DNA from: Barnesiella sp.
GTDB lineage: Bacteria > Bacteroidota > Bacteroidia > Bacteroidales > Barnesiellaceae_A
Length of the DNA: 64,000 bases
Direction: 5' to 3'
Assembly: GCA_045645425.1 (NCBI GenBank)
Contig: JAZRIS010000017.1
Span: forward strand, 1,573 to 65,572
Shown: positions 1 to 10,472 of the stretch, one piece after another
How the letters are laid out: each line of letters starts with the position of its first letter
Numbering within the stretch: position 1 is the first letter of the stretch
Notes under the pieces: generated by a model
What the model was told of the DNA's origin: nothing
Seen by the model: only the letters and a program-made list of their open reading frames with translations
Databases searched by the model: none
Translations under genes and position numbers: made by a program

Positions 1-2584
1 CAAATATCTTGAATACCTCAAGCGAGAGATCTTCGTAGTCGGTTGCAGCATCGTATTCGTTTACGAGCGACTCTACCATATCGCGGAAAGTGTCGAGAAT
101 ATCGATACCTATGCGCTCGCCCATCAATGCGTGGTGACGCTTGGAGTAGATTACACTGCGTTGGGTATTCATCACATCGTCATACTCAAGCAGGCGCTTA
201 CGAATACCAAAGTTGTTCTCCTCGACACGACGTTGAGCATTCTCGATAGAGTTGGTTACCATCTTGTGTTCAAGCATCTCGTCTTCTTTAAATCCGAGTC
301 GGTCGAGCATCTTCACAACGCTATCGGTAGCAAAAAGGCGCATCACGGTGTCTTCAAACGAAACGAAGAATACCGACGAACCCACATCACCTTGACGACC
401 CGAACGACCACGCAACTGGCGATCGACACGGCGCGACTCATGACGTTCGGTACCGATAATGGCCAAACCACCGGCTTCACGCACCTCGGGGGTGAGCTTG
501 ATGTCGGTACCACGACCGGCCATATTGGTAGCAATAGTCACTACTCCTTTTTCACCGGCATGGGCTACAATTTCGGCCTCTTTTTGGTGCAACTTGGCAT
601 TGAGCACATTGTGTTGTATCTTGCGTTGTGTGAGCATACGGCTCAACAACTCCGAAATCTCTACCGAGGTTGTACCCACCAATACAGGGCGACCTTGTGC
701 CACCATCTCTACAATCTCCTCGATGATAGCGTTGTACTTGGCACGCTTGGTCTTATACACGCGGTCGTTCATGTCGATACGCGCAATGGGCTTGTTGGTA
801 GGAATGGTTACCACATCGAGCTTATAAATATCCCAGAACTCGCTTGCCTCTGTTTCGGCAGTACCGGTCATACCGGCAAGTTTGTTGTACATGCGGAAAT
901 AGTTTTGCAACGTGATAGTGGCAAATGTTTGTGTTGCGGCCTCCACCTTCACACGTTCTTTGGCCTCGATAGCTTGGTGCAAGCCGTCGGAGTAGCGACG
1001 ACCTTCCATGATACGACCGGTCTGCTCATCGACAATCTTCACCTTGTTGTCTATCACCACATATTGGTCATTGAGAGCAAAGAGAGTATATGCCTTCAAG
1101 AGTTGGTGTACAGTGTGTACACGCTCCGACTTGATAGCATAGTCTTGCAAATATTCATCTTTCTTACTTTGACGCTCTTCGGGTGTAATATTCTCGTTTT
1201 CGAGCAGAGCCAACTGCTCACTGATATTGGGCAATACAAAGAATTCGGGGTCGGCACTCTTGCCGGTCATGGCATCTATACCCTTATCTGTGAGGTCGAT
1301 GCTATTGTTCTTCTCGTCGATAACAAAATACAACTCGTCGGTAATCTCGTGCATACGGCGGTTGTTTTGTTCCATATAGATAGCCTCGGTATCGAGCATC
1401 AACGACTTGATACCCGGCTCGCTCAAGTAGCGTATCAAAGCACTGTTTTTGGGCAAACCTTTGAAGCAACGGAACAACAATATGGCGCCCTCCTCCTTGG
1501 TTTTCTTGTCTTCCGATGCAATTTTCTCTTTTGCCTCGGCAAGCATGCGGGTCACGAGTGTGCGTTGAGTCTTGACAAGCTCTTCTACTTTGGGGCAGAA
1601 CTCCTCAAACATTTGGTCGTCGCCCTTGGGGGTAGGACCCGAAATAATCAACGGTGTACGAGCATCATCAATAAGCACCGAGTCCACCTCATCGACAATG
1701 GCATAGTTGTGAGGACGTTGCACCAAGTCTTGAGGATTGCTTGCCATATTATCGCGCAGGTAGTCAAAACCAAACTCGTTGTTTGTACCGAACGTAATAT
1801 CGGCTTCGTAGGCTTTGCGACGAGCCTCCGAGTTGGGTTGGTGCTTGTCGATACAATCTACCGACAATCCATGGAACATATACAAGGGGCCCATCCACTC
1901 CGAGTCGCGCTTGGAGAGATAATCATTGACTGTAACGACATGCACACCATTACCGGTCAAGGCGTTGAGGAATACAGGCAGGGTGGCAACAAGCGTTTTA
2001 CCCTCACCGGTAGCCATCTCGGCAATCTTGCCTTTGTGCAATACTACACCACCTATCAACTGTACATCATAATGTACCATGTTCCAAGTCACCTCGTTTC
2101 CTCCGGCCATCCAATGATTTTGGTATATAGCCTTATCGCCTTCTATACGAACAAAATCGTGTGTGGGAGCCAAGTCACGGTCAAATTGGTTGGCAGTAAC
2201 TATCACCTCGGCATTTTCGGCAAAACGACGTGAAGTCTCTTTCACTACTGCAAATACCTCGGGAAGAGCCTCATCCAAGCCCTCTTCGAGTTTTTTGATA
2301 ATCTCTTTTTCGAGCTTGTCAATTTCGCTCCACATGGGGGCGCGCTTGTCGTAGTCGGTGTTCTCTATCTCGGCCTTAATGGCAACTATGCGGGCACGCT
2401 CGTTTGCTACACGAGTTTGCAGATTTTGCTTCACGGCCTCAATGCGGGCACGCAACTCATCATTCGATAGTTTTTGAAGCTCGGGGTAGATGGCCTTAAT
2501 CTTCTTGATATAAGGATCTACTTCTTTGATGTCGCGTTGCGACTTGTTTCCAAAGAGTTTTTTTAGAAAATCATTAAATCCCAT
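1..2584 (-). CDS. secA: Preprotein translocase subunit SecA (3' end runs off the window)
   Basis: The reverse complement from ATG at 2584 reads [21 protein letters not shown], the typical Bacteroidetes SecA start. Further SecA-like segments lie downstream ([26 protein letters not shown]). Missing from the ORF track because it has no stop in the window. Confidence 0.95.
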   Translation of the reverse strand, partial: MGFNDFLKKLFGNKSQRDIKEVDPYIKKIKAIYPELQKLSNDELRARIEAVKQNLQTRVANERARIVAIKAEIENTDYDKRAPMWSEIDKLEKEIIKKLEEGLDEALPEVFAVVKETSRRFAENAEVIVTANQFDRDLAPTHDFVRIEGDKAIYQNHWMAGGNEVTWNMVHYDVQLIGGVVLHKGKIAEMATGEGKTLVATLPVFLNALTGNGVHVVTVNDYLSKRDSEWMGPLYMFHGLSVDCIDKHQPNSEARRKAYEADITFGTNNEFGFDYLRDNMASNPQDLVQRPHNYAIVDEVDSVLIDDARTPLIISGPTPKGDDQMFEEFCPKVEELVKTQRTLVTRMLAEAKEKIASEDKKTKEEGAILLFRCFKGLPKNSALIRYLSEPGIKSLMLDTEAIYMEQNNRRMHEITDELYFVIDEKNNSIDLTDKGIDAMTGKSADPEFFVLPNISEQLALLENENITPEERQSKKDEYLQDYAIKSERVHTVHQLLKAYTLFALNDQYVVIDNKVKIVDEQTGRIMEGRRYSDGLHQAIEAKERVKVEAATQTFATITLQNYFRMYNKLAGMTGTAETEASEFWDIYKLDVVTIPTNKPIARIDMNDRVYKTKRAKYNAIIEEIVEMVAQGRPVLVGTTSVEISELLSRMLTQRKIQHNVLNAKLHQKEAEIVAHAGEKGVVTIATNMAGRGTDIKLTPEVREAGGLAIIGTERHESRRVDRQLRGRSGRQGDVGSSVFFVSFEDTVMRLFATDSVVKMLDRLGFKEDEMLEHKMVTNSIENAQRRVEENNFGIRKRLLEYDDVMNTQRSVIYSKRHHALMGERIGIDILDTFRDMVESLVNEYDAATDYEDLSLEVFKIF

Positions 2585-2646
2585 ATATGGTTGTATTTAT
2601 TTACAATAAAAAGGTGCGAGAAAGCATTTCTCGACAAAAACAGATG

Positions 2647-2654
2647 CAAAAATA
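2647..2654 (-). promoter_or_regulatory. Bacteroidetes sigma-A -7 element for secA
   Basis: TATTTTTG (TAnnTTTG) on the minus strand, about 60 nt upstream of the secA ATG. Confidence 0.55.
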
Positions 2655-2739
2655 GTGATTTTTTTCGGCAGAGCCTAAAAAATAGGCAATTAGATGCAAT
2701 ACTATTACATTATATTCTCCGCAACCGAGTATAGCAATG

Positions 2740-4323
2740 TTATTTATACTCTATATCGAGCGGGCGTGCAGTGCATCCGTTGGGGGCTCGTATGCGCAAA
2801 ATGCGCGATATAGTAGGTGCTATTGAGGTTACATCGATAGGATGTGTTATCTTCTGTGCCGGCACATGGGGTGCCATAAACATGAAGGGTGCCGATATGG
2901 CATTGTAACGTATATATTGTCGTGTATTGGCCTGATTTTCATAGACAATCTCCCATCCGGGTACCAGCTCGATATATATATCGCCCGACAAGGTCGATGA
3001 TAGCCCGCGACGCAACTTGTCGGTGTGCTCGTTGGTGCTACGCAACAAGATGCGATGTTGCGTATAGACATCTTGCACACCCTCCATATCAATGAGGAAT
3101 TGTGCTGCCTTATCTCGCACCTCTTCAAGTTCAAGGTTATTCTCCTTGATATAGCTTCGGTTGAGATATATCTGATTGTGGCTATATCCTGCCACCCAAT
3201 CGCCTTGTCCGTAGAGCGCCATCAAATACATATTGAGCAACGATACGGCTCGCTTGGGATAGAACTCGCCCGATTGTATTTTGTAGAACGATGGCTCACG
3301 ACCCTCGCCCGTAAAGTAGCCTGTCGAGGTGATAAACACCACCGCATTTTCTATACCCACATAGCTCTCTATGGCCTCAAAAAGGCGAACAAGATTGGCA
3401 TCCAAGCGCACATAGGCATCTTGCAACTCCAACCCGTACTTTTGCACCGTTCCATTGTTATAGGGTGCAAGCGTATAGCCCACACTCACCATATCGAGCT
3501 GTTCGCGTTGTCCCAACGACATATTCTTAATGAGGTCGATGGTAACATCGGTCACCTCATCATTTACCATGGGAGTCGTCTTGTACAGGGCATATCGGTT
3601 GTAATCCTTGGGCGAAATAGAGTGCGTAAAGGAGTATGAAGAGGATTGATAAGGAAAAGCGGTATAACGCTCGGGCGAGAACAAAGGCGACCAAGAGAAG
3701 GTGTCTATTGTCTGCGACGGATTGTTCTGATAATAGGGATGAATGATATGCGCCGGAGCATCAAAGTAGTATGTAGTTGTCACCCAGCGTCCGCTCTTGT
3801 TATCTATCCACAAGGCACTATTGGCAATGTGGCCGCCCGACAATATTGCCGATGCGGCATCGGGTGCCACCGAATATACTCTACCGAGTCCATTGCCCAC
3901 AATCTTCACCTCGTCGCTCAATGTCGATACTTGCAAGGCACGCGCCGAATATCCATCTTGTGTGCCATTGCCCATAAAATCATCATCATAGAGTATATCT
4001 ATATCCTTGCGAGTAAATGTATCAAAAACCTCTTGCGAAACAATACCATTATAGAAAGGAATGGTGCCGGTGTGAATAGCCGCTGTCGTAACGGCACAAT
4101 CGAGATAGGGAAAGTCATATACTACATCATCACACACCACTCCACGCTGCATAATGAGTTTAAATCCTTTTTCACCAAAAAGGTGTTGCAAGGCATAGAG
4201 ATAGTCACTGCGCAACTGATCTACCGTGATACCTACTACCAATCGAGGAGCTTGCGATTGCGCCTTGACTCCCACAGGCACAACAGCCAGCGACAATAAT
4301 ATAGAGGCGAGAACTTTATTCAT
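2740..4323 (-). CDS. Alkaline phosphatase (PafA-like) family protein, probably catalytically degenerate
   Basis: Signal peptide, then PRLVVGITVDQLRSDY, TG..P..NGIV, STLSDE and a C-terminal DVTSIAPT..IRAPNG. The nucleophile and several metal-ligand motifs appear to be missing. Confidence 0.8.
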   Translation of the reverse strand: MNKVLASILLSLAVVPVGVKAQSQAPRLVVGITVDQLRSDYLYALQHLFGEKGFKLIMQRGVVCDDVVYDFPYLDCAVTTAAIHTGTIPFYNGIVSQEVFDTFTRKDIDILYDDDFMGNGTQDGYSARALQVSTLSDEVKIVGNGLGRVYSVAPDAASAILSGGHIANSALWIDNKSGRWVTTTYYFDAPAHIIHPYYQNNPSQTIDTFSWSPLFSPERYTAFPYQSSSYSFTHSISPKDYNRYALYKTTPMVNDEVTDVTIDLIKNMSLGQREQLDMVSVGYTLAPYNNGTVQKYGLELQDAYVRLDANLVRLFEAIESYVGIENAVVFITSTGYFTGEGREPSFYKIQSGEFYPKRAVSLLNMYLMALYGQGDWVAGYSHNQIYLNRSYIKENNLELEEVRDKAAQFLIDMEGVQDVYTQHRILLRSTNEHTDKLRRGLSSTLSGDIYIELVPGWEIVYENQANTRQYIRYNAISAPFMFMAPHVPAQKITHPIDVTSIAPTISRILRIRAPNGCTARPLDIEYK

Positions 4324-5551
4324 TCTTCAATTTTCTTTTATAGAGATATATAAAATTGTATGAGCGCAATGCCGACACTGCAATCAATGGCAATACTGCC
4401 CAATCGATACATTGCACTCGCAACAATACCAATATCACAAAAAGTGCTATCAACAACAAATGTATCGTATGATACCATCGCACTATGGGTAATGCCCGAC
4501 GCACATAGGGCAGAGTGGCCGGCAATATGGCCAATGGTGTGAGCCACAAGGCATGCAGATTGATTGTAGTGGCAGGATGCTCGGAACAGAATACCAAAAA
4601 GTATATCACACATCCGGCTATAAACATCACGATGCCCAGCAGAGTATCATACCATCGCGATAAGACAAGCCTACGCATGTTGTATGCGGTAATAACAATC
4701 GTTACAAGAAGCAACAATAAGGCACACGCCATAGGTGAAATATACCATGGTGTAGGAGGCAAGACCGCACTTGCATCGGAATGAAACAACTCGGTGGTTG
4801 CACTCACCAACGGTCGCTCTTGCGCGGTATTATCATCTACTACAACCGCCTCATCACAAGCCTTCTGTAACAGCAACGGCACAAACATGTGTTCTTGCCA
4901 TGTGGCTACCCTATCCAATTCGCAACCCAAGGCCAAGTCTATACCAAATGTAAGCCAACTATAATTGGCGGCATAATGGCGTATCAACTCACGAAAAGTA
5001 TAGAGAGTATCGCACGAAGCATATACAACACGCTCACCTTGTGACATCACAGCCTCGACAATCTTGTCACGCGGGCGTGTAGCGCAGTTGTCATACAAGA
5101 AATTGTAACGATACACCCTGTTTTCGGGACGTGCATTATGACACAGTGCGGCAAAGAGAGCCTCACGCTCGGCAGGTGTAAGATTTAATTCCTGCTCATA
5201 CACCGAGGAGCCGCGCATCACATAGTCTATAATAAAATGCTGAAAGTCATATACCGCCAATACATAATCGGTGTGTCCCTGTGTAAACTTCAACACAAAG
5301 TCGTCATCAAAAGAAAAAACGCCATAGTTAAACACCAAGTCGAAAGCATCAGCCCCGCTGCGCTGAACACGCACAGCCGTATGCCCAAACAACTGATACA
5401 CTTCGGGGCCGGGAGCACAAGTAACAAGCGATACACGGAGCGTATCGGGCTCTAAAGCATTGAAAGGTGCAAGTCGGACATACTCGGCACGCATGCCCAA
5501 TGCCACAAACAACACCGCTACAACCACCCAAAAACGCAATTTATGCAACAT
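4316..5551 (-). CDS. DUF4105 protein, Lnb-like lipoprotein N-acyltransferase
   Basis: LVTCAPG..Y..FGHTA, FNYGVF and YNFLYDNCATRPRD (His...Cys) motifs, followed by several C-terminal TM helices. Overlaps the downstream gene by 8 nt. Confidence 0.8.
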   Translation of the reverse strand: MLHKLRFWVVVAVLFVALGMRAEYVRLAPFNALEPDTLRVSLVTCAPGPEVYQLFGHTAVRVQRSGADAFDLVFNYGVFSFDDDFVLKFTQGHTDYVLAVYDFQHFIIDYVMRGSSVYEQELNLTPAEREALFAALCHNARPENRVYRYNFLYDNCATRPRDKIVEAVMSQGERVVYASCDTLYTFRELIRHYAANYSWLTFGIDLALGCELDRVATWQEHMFVPLLLQKACDEAVVVDDNTAQERPLVSATTELFHSDASAVLPPTPWYISPMACALLLLLVTIVITAYNMRRLVLSRWYDTLLGIVMFIAGCVIYFLVFCSEHPATTINLHALWLTPLAILPATLPYVRRALPIVRWYHTIHLLLIALFVILVLLRVQCIDWAVLPLIAVSALRSYNFIYLYKRKLKNE

Positions 5552-5856
5552 ATCTGCCTCGTGTAATTCTTTTAATTGAAAATCGGCGATAAAGTTACGA
5601 CAAATAACGCAAAACGAGCGGATAAGAATGTAGCTTTTTGAGTTTTTTTACATAAAAAACATCGGTGCGAGTTCCTTGTAAGCAATGGTTGTCTATTTTA
5701 CCTCTTCTTGATTATTTTTATTCGTTGCACTCATGGTGCGTTTCTTATAGCTCACAATGCGAACAAAGAGAGAGATTGAGCAATCATTTTCAAGGCAGTA
5801 CACTGCTTTTTATCATCCATACAATTACTCGTATGGCAAAAAATAAGTTAAGTTAT

Positions 5857-5887
5857 TTTGTTCTACCCACGCTTATAGCTATATTTG
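5857..5887 (+). promoter_or_regulatory. Bacteroidetes promoter (-33 TTTG, -7 TATATTTG)
   Basis: TTTG at 5857-5860, 19-nt spacer, TATATTTG at 5880-5887, upstream of the 5909 ATG. Confidence 0.75.
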
Positions 5888-5908
5888 CAATGAACAAAAT
5901 CTACCTTT

Positions 5909-6523
5909 ATGAAAACAAGAATTTTACTCGCAACAATGGTATTTATATGCTCGGCAATAGGAGCTATGAGCCAAGCAATCAATCTACCCCAACCCGCATT
6001 GAGCGACACTGCCACATTGAAATATGCACTTGAAAACCGTCGTTCCACCCGCAATTTCGACACACACAAGCAACTCAATCTGCAAGAAATATCCAACATA
6101 CTGTGGTCGGGATGGGGATATAATCGCAAAGACAAGCGCACTGCCCCCTCGGCATTGGATCGCCAAGAGATTACACTCTATGTATGCTCTACACAAGGTG
6201 TTTTCCGCTACGATGCTGCAAACAATCGTTTGGAAAAGATTTCAACCAACAATATCATGCCTATATGTGGCAAACAAGAGTTTGTCGAGAATGCGGCAGT
6301 CAATATCTTCTATGTATGCGACAACAACAGCAACAACCGCCCCGAGATGAGTGCTATATGCTGTGGCGCAATCTCTCAAAATATTGCGTTGTATTGCGCA
6401 TCGCGCAACATAGGCAATGTGGTACGAGGCTCATTTGATGCCGATGTGTTGCGCAAGCAACTCAAATTGCCTGCCGGAAGTTACATCTTATTGGCTCAGA
6501 GCATAGGTTATCCTGCTGAATAG
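5909..6523 (+). CDS. Nitroreductase family protein (SagB/ThcOx-like) with signal peptide
   Basis: LENRRSTRNF, RTAPSA, GAISQNIALYC and AQSIGYP motifs. Confidence 0.85.
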   Translation: MKTRILLATMVFICSAIGAMSQAINLPQPALSDTATLKYALENRRSTRNFDTHKQLNLQEISNILWSGWGYNRKDKRTAPSALDRQEITLYVCSTQGVFRYDAANNRLEKISTNNIMPICGKQEFVENAAVNIFYVCDNNSNNRPEMSAICCGAISQNIALYCASRNIGNVVRGSFDADVLRKQLKLPAGSYILLAQSIGYPAE

Positions 6524-6529
6524 TACTGC

Positions 6530-7252
6530 ATGAAACAGGCAACATTCATAGCTTTTATACTACTCTTCTCACAACTATTGTGGGTGGCATGCTCGTCATC
6601 GGCCGACAAAGAGGCCTATCCCGATGATGAAGATATTCTCTATATCGAGAGTGATAGCTTACTTGCCGAGAGCAATTTTGAGCAGGAGCATGTGAGTCGT
6701 CACCGCAAATTGTCAAAGGGATACCGACGCACCTTTAACGACAAGAATGATGTGCATCTTGCAATGGCTCAGAAATATGGCATAACTCCTCTTGCGAGCC
6801 TCGACGAAGCCGCCAACGCTCCATTCTATGCTCTTGCCAAGATAGACAGTTGCCAATACTACACAATCAAACGCCTTACCCACTCGGCTCCATACCTCAC
6901 TCCGCGAGCCAAATGGGCACTGATGAATATTGGCAAAAATTTTCAAGACTCATTGGCCTCTCACGGTGTTTATGGATATCAAATCATCGTTACAAGTCTG
7001 TTGCGCACCGACGACAGCATACGTCGCCTACGCCGTCGCAACAGCAATGCCAGCAAAAACTCGGCTCACCGATACGGCACAACGTTTGATATATCATATA
7101 TACACTACAGCCGCACCGATAGCTCTACCTACATGCCCGAATACAGGCTCAAAGAAACGCTTGCCGAAGTTCTATATGACATGCGCCGCGAGGGACGTTG
7201 TTATGTCAAATATGAAGTAAAGCAGAGTTGCTTTCATGTTACCGCATGGTAA
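6530..7252 (+). CDS. DUF5715-type lipoprotein, possible M15-like Zn peptidase
   Basis: Lipobox WVAC; LTHSAPYL, IVTSLLRT, NSAHRYGTTFDI, CFHVT. Confidence 0.7.
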   Translation: MKQATFIAFILLFSQLLWVACSSSADKEAYPDDEDILYIESDSLLAESNFEQEHVSRHRKLSKGYRRTFNDKNDVHLAMAQKYGITPLASLDEAANAPFYALAKIDSCQYYTIKRLTHSAPYLTPRAKWALMNIGKNFQDSLASHGVYGYQIIVTSLLRTDDSIRRLRRRNSNASKNSAHRYGTTFDISYIHYSRTDSSTYMPEYRLKETLAEVLYDMRREGRCYVKYEVKQSCFHVTAW

Positions 7253-7268
7253 AAAAGAAAACACAAGC

Positions 7269-8402
7269 ATGAAAAGAATACTATTACACGCTATCACAGC
7301 GACCTCTATACTACTATTATCGATTGGATGTAGCAACACGGCCACTTCCCACACCTCCTCGTTGCATGAGAAATCTATTGCAGTAGAGTATGCACAGGGG
7401 TTTCGTATGGCACAAGGTAATGGTTATCAACGCATCGACATCGTCAATCCTTGGGACACGACAACAATACTGCGCACCTACATTCTCGTAAATGCACACG
7501 ACACCGTGCCCCAACAGTTGCCCGAAGGAACACTCATACGCACTCCTCTGCGCAACTCCCTTGTGTTCTCGTCGGTACATAGCGGCTTGTTGGCCGAATT
7601 GCAATGCCTCGATGCCATTGGCGGTATATGCGACAGTGAGTACAACTACATCGAACAACTGCAATCTCGTCTGCAAGAGGGCACTTTGATTGATGCCGGA
7701 AATTCCACTTCGCCCGACATCGAGCAGATTATAGACCTTAACCCCGATGCAATACTCATATCACCATTTGAGAACTTGCGTCACGACCGGCTCGAAAAGA
7801 CCGGCATACCCATCATCGAGTGTGCCGACTATATGGAGAACTCCCCACTCGGTCGTGCCGAATGGATGCGCTTATTGGGTAAGTTATATGGTTGCGAAGA
7901 GCGTGCCGACTCACTATACAAGTGCATCAAAGAGTGCTACTTGACAACAGCCGAAAAACTTGCGACAATCACAAACAAGCCAATGGTAATAACCGAGCGA
8001 CGCATAGGTCAGGTATGGTATATACCCGGTGGCAAGAGCTACATGGCTACACTGCTACATGATGCAGGTGCTCACTACCCTTGGAGCAACAACGACAACA
8101 CAGGCTCTCTTGCTCTCTCATTTGAGGATGTATTGGATAGCGGACAGGATGCCGATTTCTGGCTCATCAAGTACCACGCACCCACCAACCTCACTTACAA
8201 CGACTTGGCAAACGAGTACTCGCCCAATACTCGCTTCAAGGCATTTGAGCAACAACACATATACGGATGCAACACCCAATATCTGCGCTATTACGAAGAA
8301 ACTCCTTTCCATCCCGAAAGGCTGTTGCAAGACTTGGGAGCCATATTCCATCCTACACTGTTTGAAGATTATACTCCCTACTATTTCAGTCCCCTACAAT
8401 GA
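7269..8402 (+). CDS. ABC transporter substrate-binding lipoprotein (cobalamin/iron-complex, BtuF-like)
   Basis: Lipobox SIGC; YAQGF, PDIEQII.LNPD, EN.PLGRAEW. Start placed at ATG 7269. Confidence 0.85.
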   Translation: MKRILLHAITATSILLLSIGCSNTATSHTSSLHEKSIAVEYAQGFRMAQGNGYQRIDIVNPWDTTTILRTYILVNAHDTVPQQLPEGTLIRTPLRNSLVFSSVHSGLLAELQCLDAIGGICDSEYNYIEQLQSRLQEGTLIDAGNSTSPDIEQIIDLNPDAILISPFENLRHDRLEKTGIPIIECADYMENSPLGRAEWMRLLGKLYGCEERADSLYKCIKECYLTTAEKLATITNKPMVITERRIGQVWYIPGGKSYMATLLHDAGAHYPWSNNDNTGSLALSFEDVLDSGQDADFWLIKYHAPTNLTYNDLANEYSPNTRFKAFEQQHIYGCNTQYLRYYEETPFHPERLLQDLGAIFHPTLFEDYTPYYFSPLQ

Positions 8403-9442
8403 GTACTACCGGTCACATATCATACAGCACTCGACTCATCGTATGCTTGTCGTTACTCACTATCATATTGTGGGTGTGCAACCTCTTTATCGGCTCGGTA
8501 TCAATCCCGGTTGAAGAGGTTATAAATGCACTCACCGGTAAGGCTTGCGCAAAGGAGAGTTGGCGGTATATCATAGTAGAATCGCGCATACCGCAATCGA
8601 TAACAGCTCTGCTGGCAGGAAGCAGTCTTGCCGTAGCCGGCTTGCTATTGCAAACCACATTCAACAATCCATTGGCCGGTCCATCCATTCTTGGCATCGA
8701 TACAGGAGCAGCTTTAGGCGTAGCAATAGTAATGTTGGCAGGTGGCTCTATGCTCGCCGACAATGCTCTATCAGGCTTTTTAGCTACTATAATGGGAGCA
8801 TTTGCAGGCGCAATCATCGTATTGGCTGTCATACTTTTCTTTTCGACATTTGTACGCAACAACCTCATGTTGCTCATCATAGGCATGATGGTAGGTTATC
8901 TCACATCGTCGCTCATATCGCTACTCAACTTCTTTGCAAGTGCCAATCAGGTACACGCCTACACCATGTGGGGTATGGGCAACTTGAGCGGTGTGTCGTT
9001 GCAACAGCTACCCTACTACACCATGGCATCCTTGTGTGGACTTTCTATTGCTTTTCTGCTATCCAAGCCCCTCAATGCCATGCTATTGGGCACAAGGTAT
9101 GCCGAGAACTTGGGTGTAAATATATCCTTGACAAGAAATCTGTTGCTTTTGGCCACAGGCTTGCTCACAGCCTCTACAACAGCCTTTTGTGGCCCTATAA
9201 CATTTATCGGCTTGTCGGTACCACACATTGCCCGCTTGCTGTTGCGCAGTAGCAATCACAACACATTACTACCCGTGACCATGCTTTGTGGTGCTATCGT
9301 ACTATTATTGTGCAACATACTCAGTGTCCTACCCGGTAGCAATGGCATCATACCCATCAATGCCGTTACCCCCTTGATAGGCGCACCTGTTATCATATAT
9401 GTTATCGTCAATCAGAAGAAAATCAACTACTTTAACGGATGA
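8399..9442 (+). CDS. FecCD/BtuC-family ABC permease
   Basis: QTTFNNPLAGPSILGI, YAENLGV, GPITFIGLSVPH; ATGA overlap with the upstream gene. Confidence 0.9.
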   Translation: MSTTGHISYSTRLIVCLSLLTIILWVCNLFIGSVSIPVEEVINALTGKACAKESWRYIIVESRIPQSITALLAGSSLAVAGLLLQTTFNNPLAGPSILGIDTGAALGVAIVMLAGGSMLADNALSGFLATIMGAFAGAIIVLAVILFFSTFVRNNLMLLIIGMMVGYLTSSLISLLNFFASANQVHAYTMWGMGNLSGVSLQQLPYYTMASLCGLSIAFLLSKPLNAMLLGTRYAENLGVNISLTRNLLLLATGLLTASTTAFCGPITFIGLSVPHIARLLLRSSNHNTLLPVTMLCGAIVLLLCNILSVLPGSNGIIPINAVTPLIGAPVIIYVIVNQKKINYFNG

Positions 9443-10461
9443 AAACAGCACCTGTCATATCGGCACAACACCTCGACATTGGCTATCGAACAGAGAACAA
9501 AAGCACAAAACTCGTTCATAGCAATCTTGATATTGCATTATACGCCGGAGAACTTACCTGCTTGTTGGGTGCCAATGGTGCGGGCAAATCGACTCTGCTG
9601 CGCACTCTATCGGGCTCTCAAGCGCCCTTGGCCGGCGAGGTGCTGATAAATGGCACTCCCATAAAAGAGATAAGCCGCCATAAACTATCGCAAACCATAG
9701 GTATCGTTCTTACCGACAAGAGTGCTATTGGCGGGCTCACCGTGCGCGAGGTGGTAGCATTGGGGCGACAACCTCACACCGGATTTTTCGGTAGGCTATC
9801 GACACACGACAAGTGCGTGGTAGATAATTCTCTGGAGGCTTGCGGCATTGCCGACAAGCAGTTGCATTTCATGGCATCACTCTCCGATGGAGAAAGACAA
9901 AAGGTAATGATAGCCAAGGCGCTGGCACAAGAGTGTCCCATTGTACTGCTCGATGAGCCTACTGCGTTTCTCGACATCGTGAGTCGCATAGAAATCATGT
10001 CACTGTTGCACCGCATTGCTACCGAGCATCATCGAGCCATACTCCTCTCCACACACGACATCGAACAGGCGCTTGTATTGAGCGACCGTCTTTGGTTGCT
10101 TTCTCGCGAACAGGGTCTGACAACCGGCGTTACCGAAGATCTTATACTATCGGGGTGCCTCGACAATCTCTTCCCGCACAGTGACATACACTTCGACCCC
10201 CTGCATGGCAGCTACTATCCTACTGTACATCGCAACAGGACCACAACCGTTGTATGCCATGACGAAACATTGTTACATTGGATTATCAACCTGCTCAATC
10301 GCAATGGCTACGGTGCATCACTCGACACCACTACCCCATGCGACATGATGTTACATGTAGAGAGTCGCAACCACCTTGTCTGGAAAAGTGGCGAGAAAGA
10401 AATAACACTGCACTCATTTGAGGAGTTGGCAAAGGAAATACAGGAAAATACCCTACGCTGA
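9439..10461 (+). CDS. ABC transporter ATP-binding protein (BtuD/FecE-like)
   Basis: Walker A GANGAGKST, signature LSDGERQK, Walker B LLDEPT, H-loop STHD. Confidence 0.9.
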   Translation: MKTAPVISAQHLDIGYRTENKSTKLVHSNLDIALYAGELTCLLGANGAGKSTLLRTLSGSQAPLAGEVLINGTPIKEISRHKLSQTIGIVLTDKSAIGGLTVREVVALGRQPHTGFFGRLSTHDKCVVDNSLEACGIADKQLHFMASLSDGERQKVMIAKALAQECPIVLLDEPTAFLDIVSRIEIMSLLHRIATEHHRAILLSTHDIEQALVLSDRLWLLSREQGLTTGVTEDLILSGCLDNLFPHSDIHFDPLHGSYYPTVHRNRTTTVVCHDETLLHWIINLLNRNGYGASLDTTTPCDMMLHVESRNHLVWKSGEKEITLHSFEELAKEIQENTLR

Positions 10462-10472
10462 CACACTATACC

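Noticed and set aside
131-2233. 700-aa plus-strand ORF
   Set aside because: It is an antisense shadow of secA, which occupies the minus strand. It has no recognisable motifs.
5552-7270. Cobalamin riboswitch for the ABC transporter
   Set aside because: No B12-box or GGGAA-type core was recognisable by eye, and there is no intergenic room directly before the binding-protein gene.
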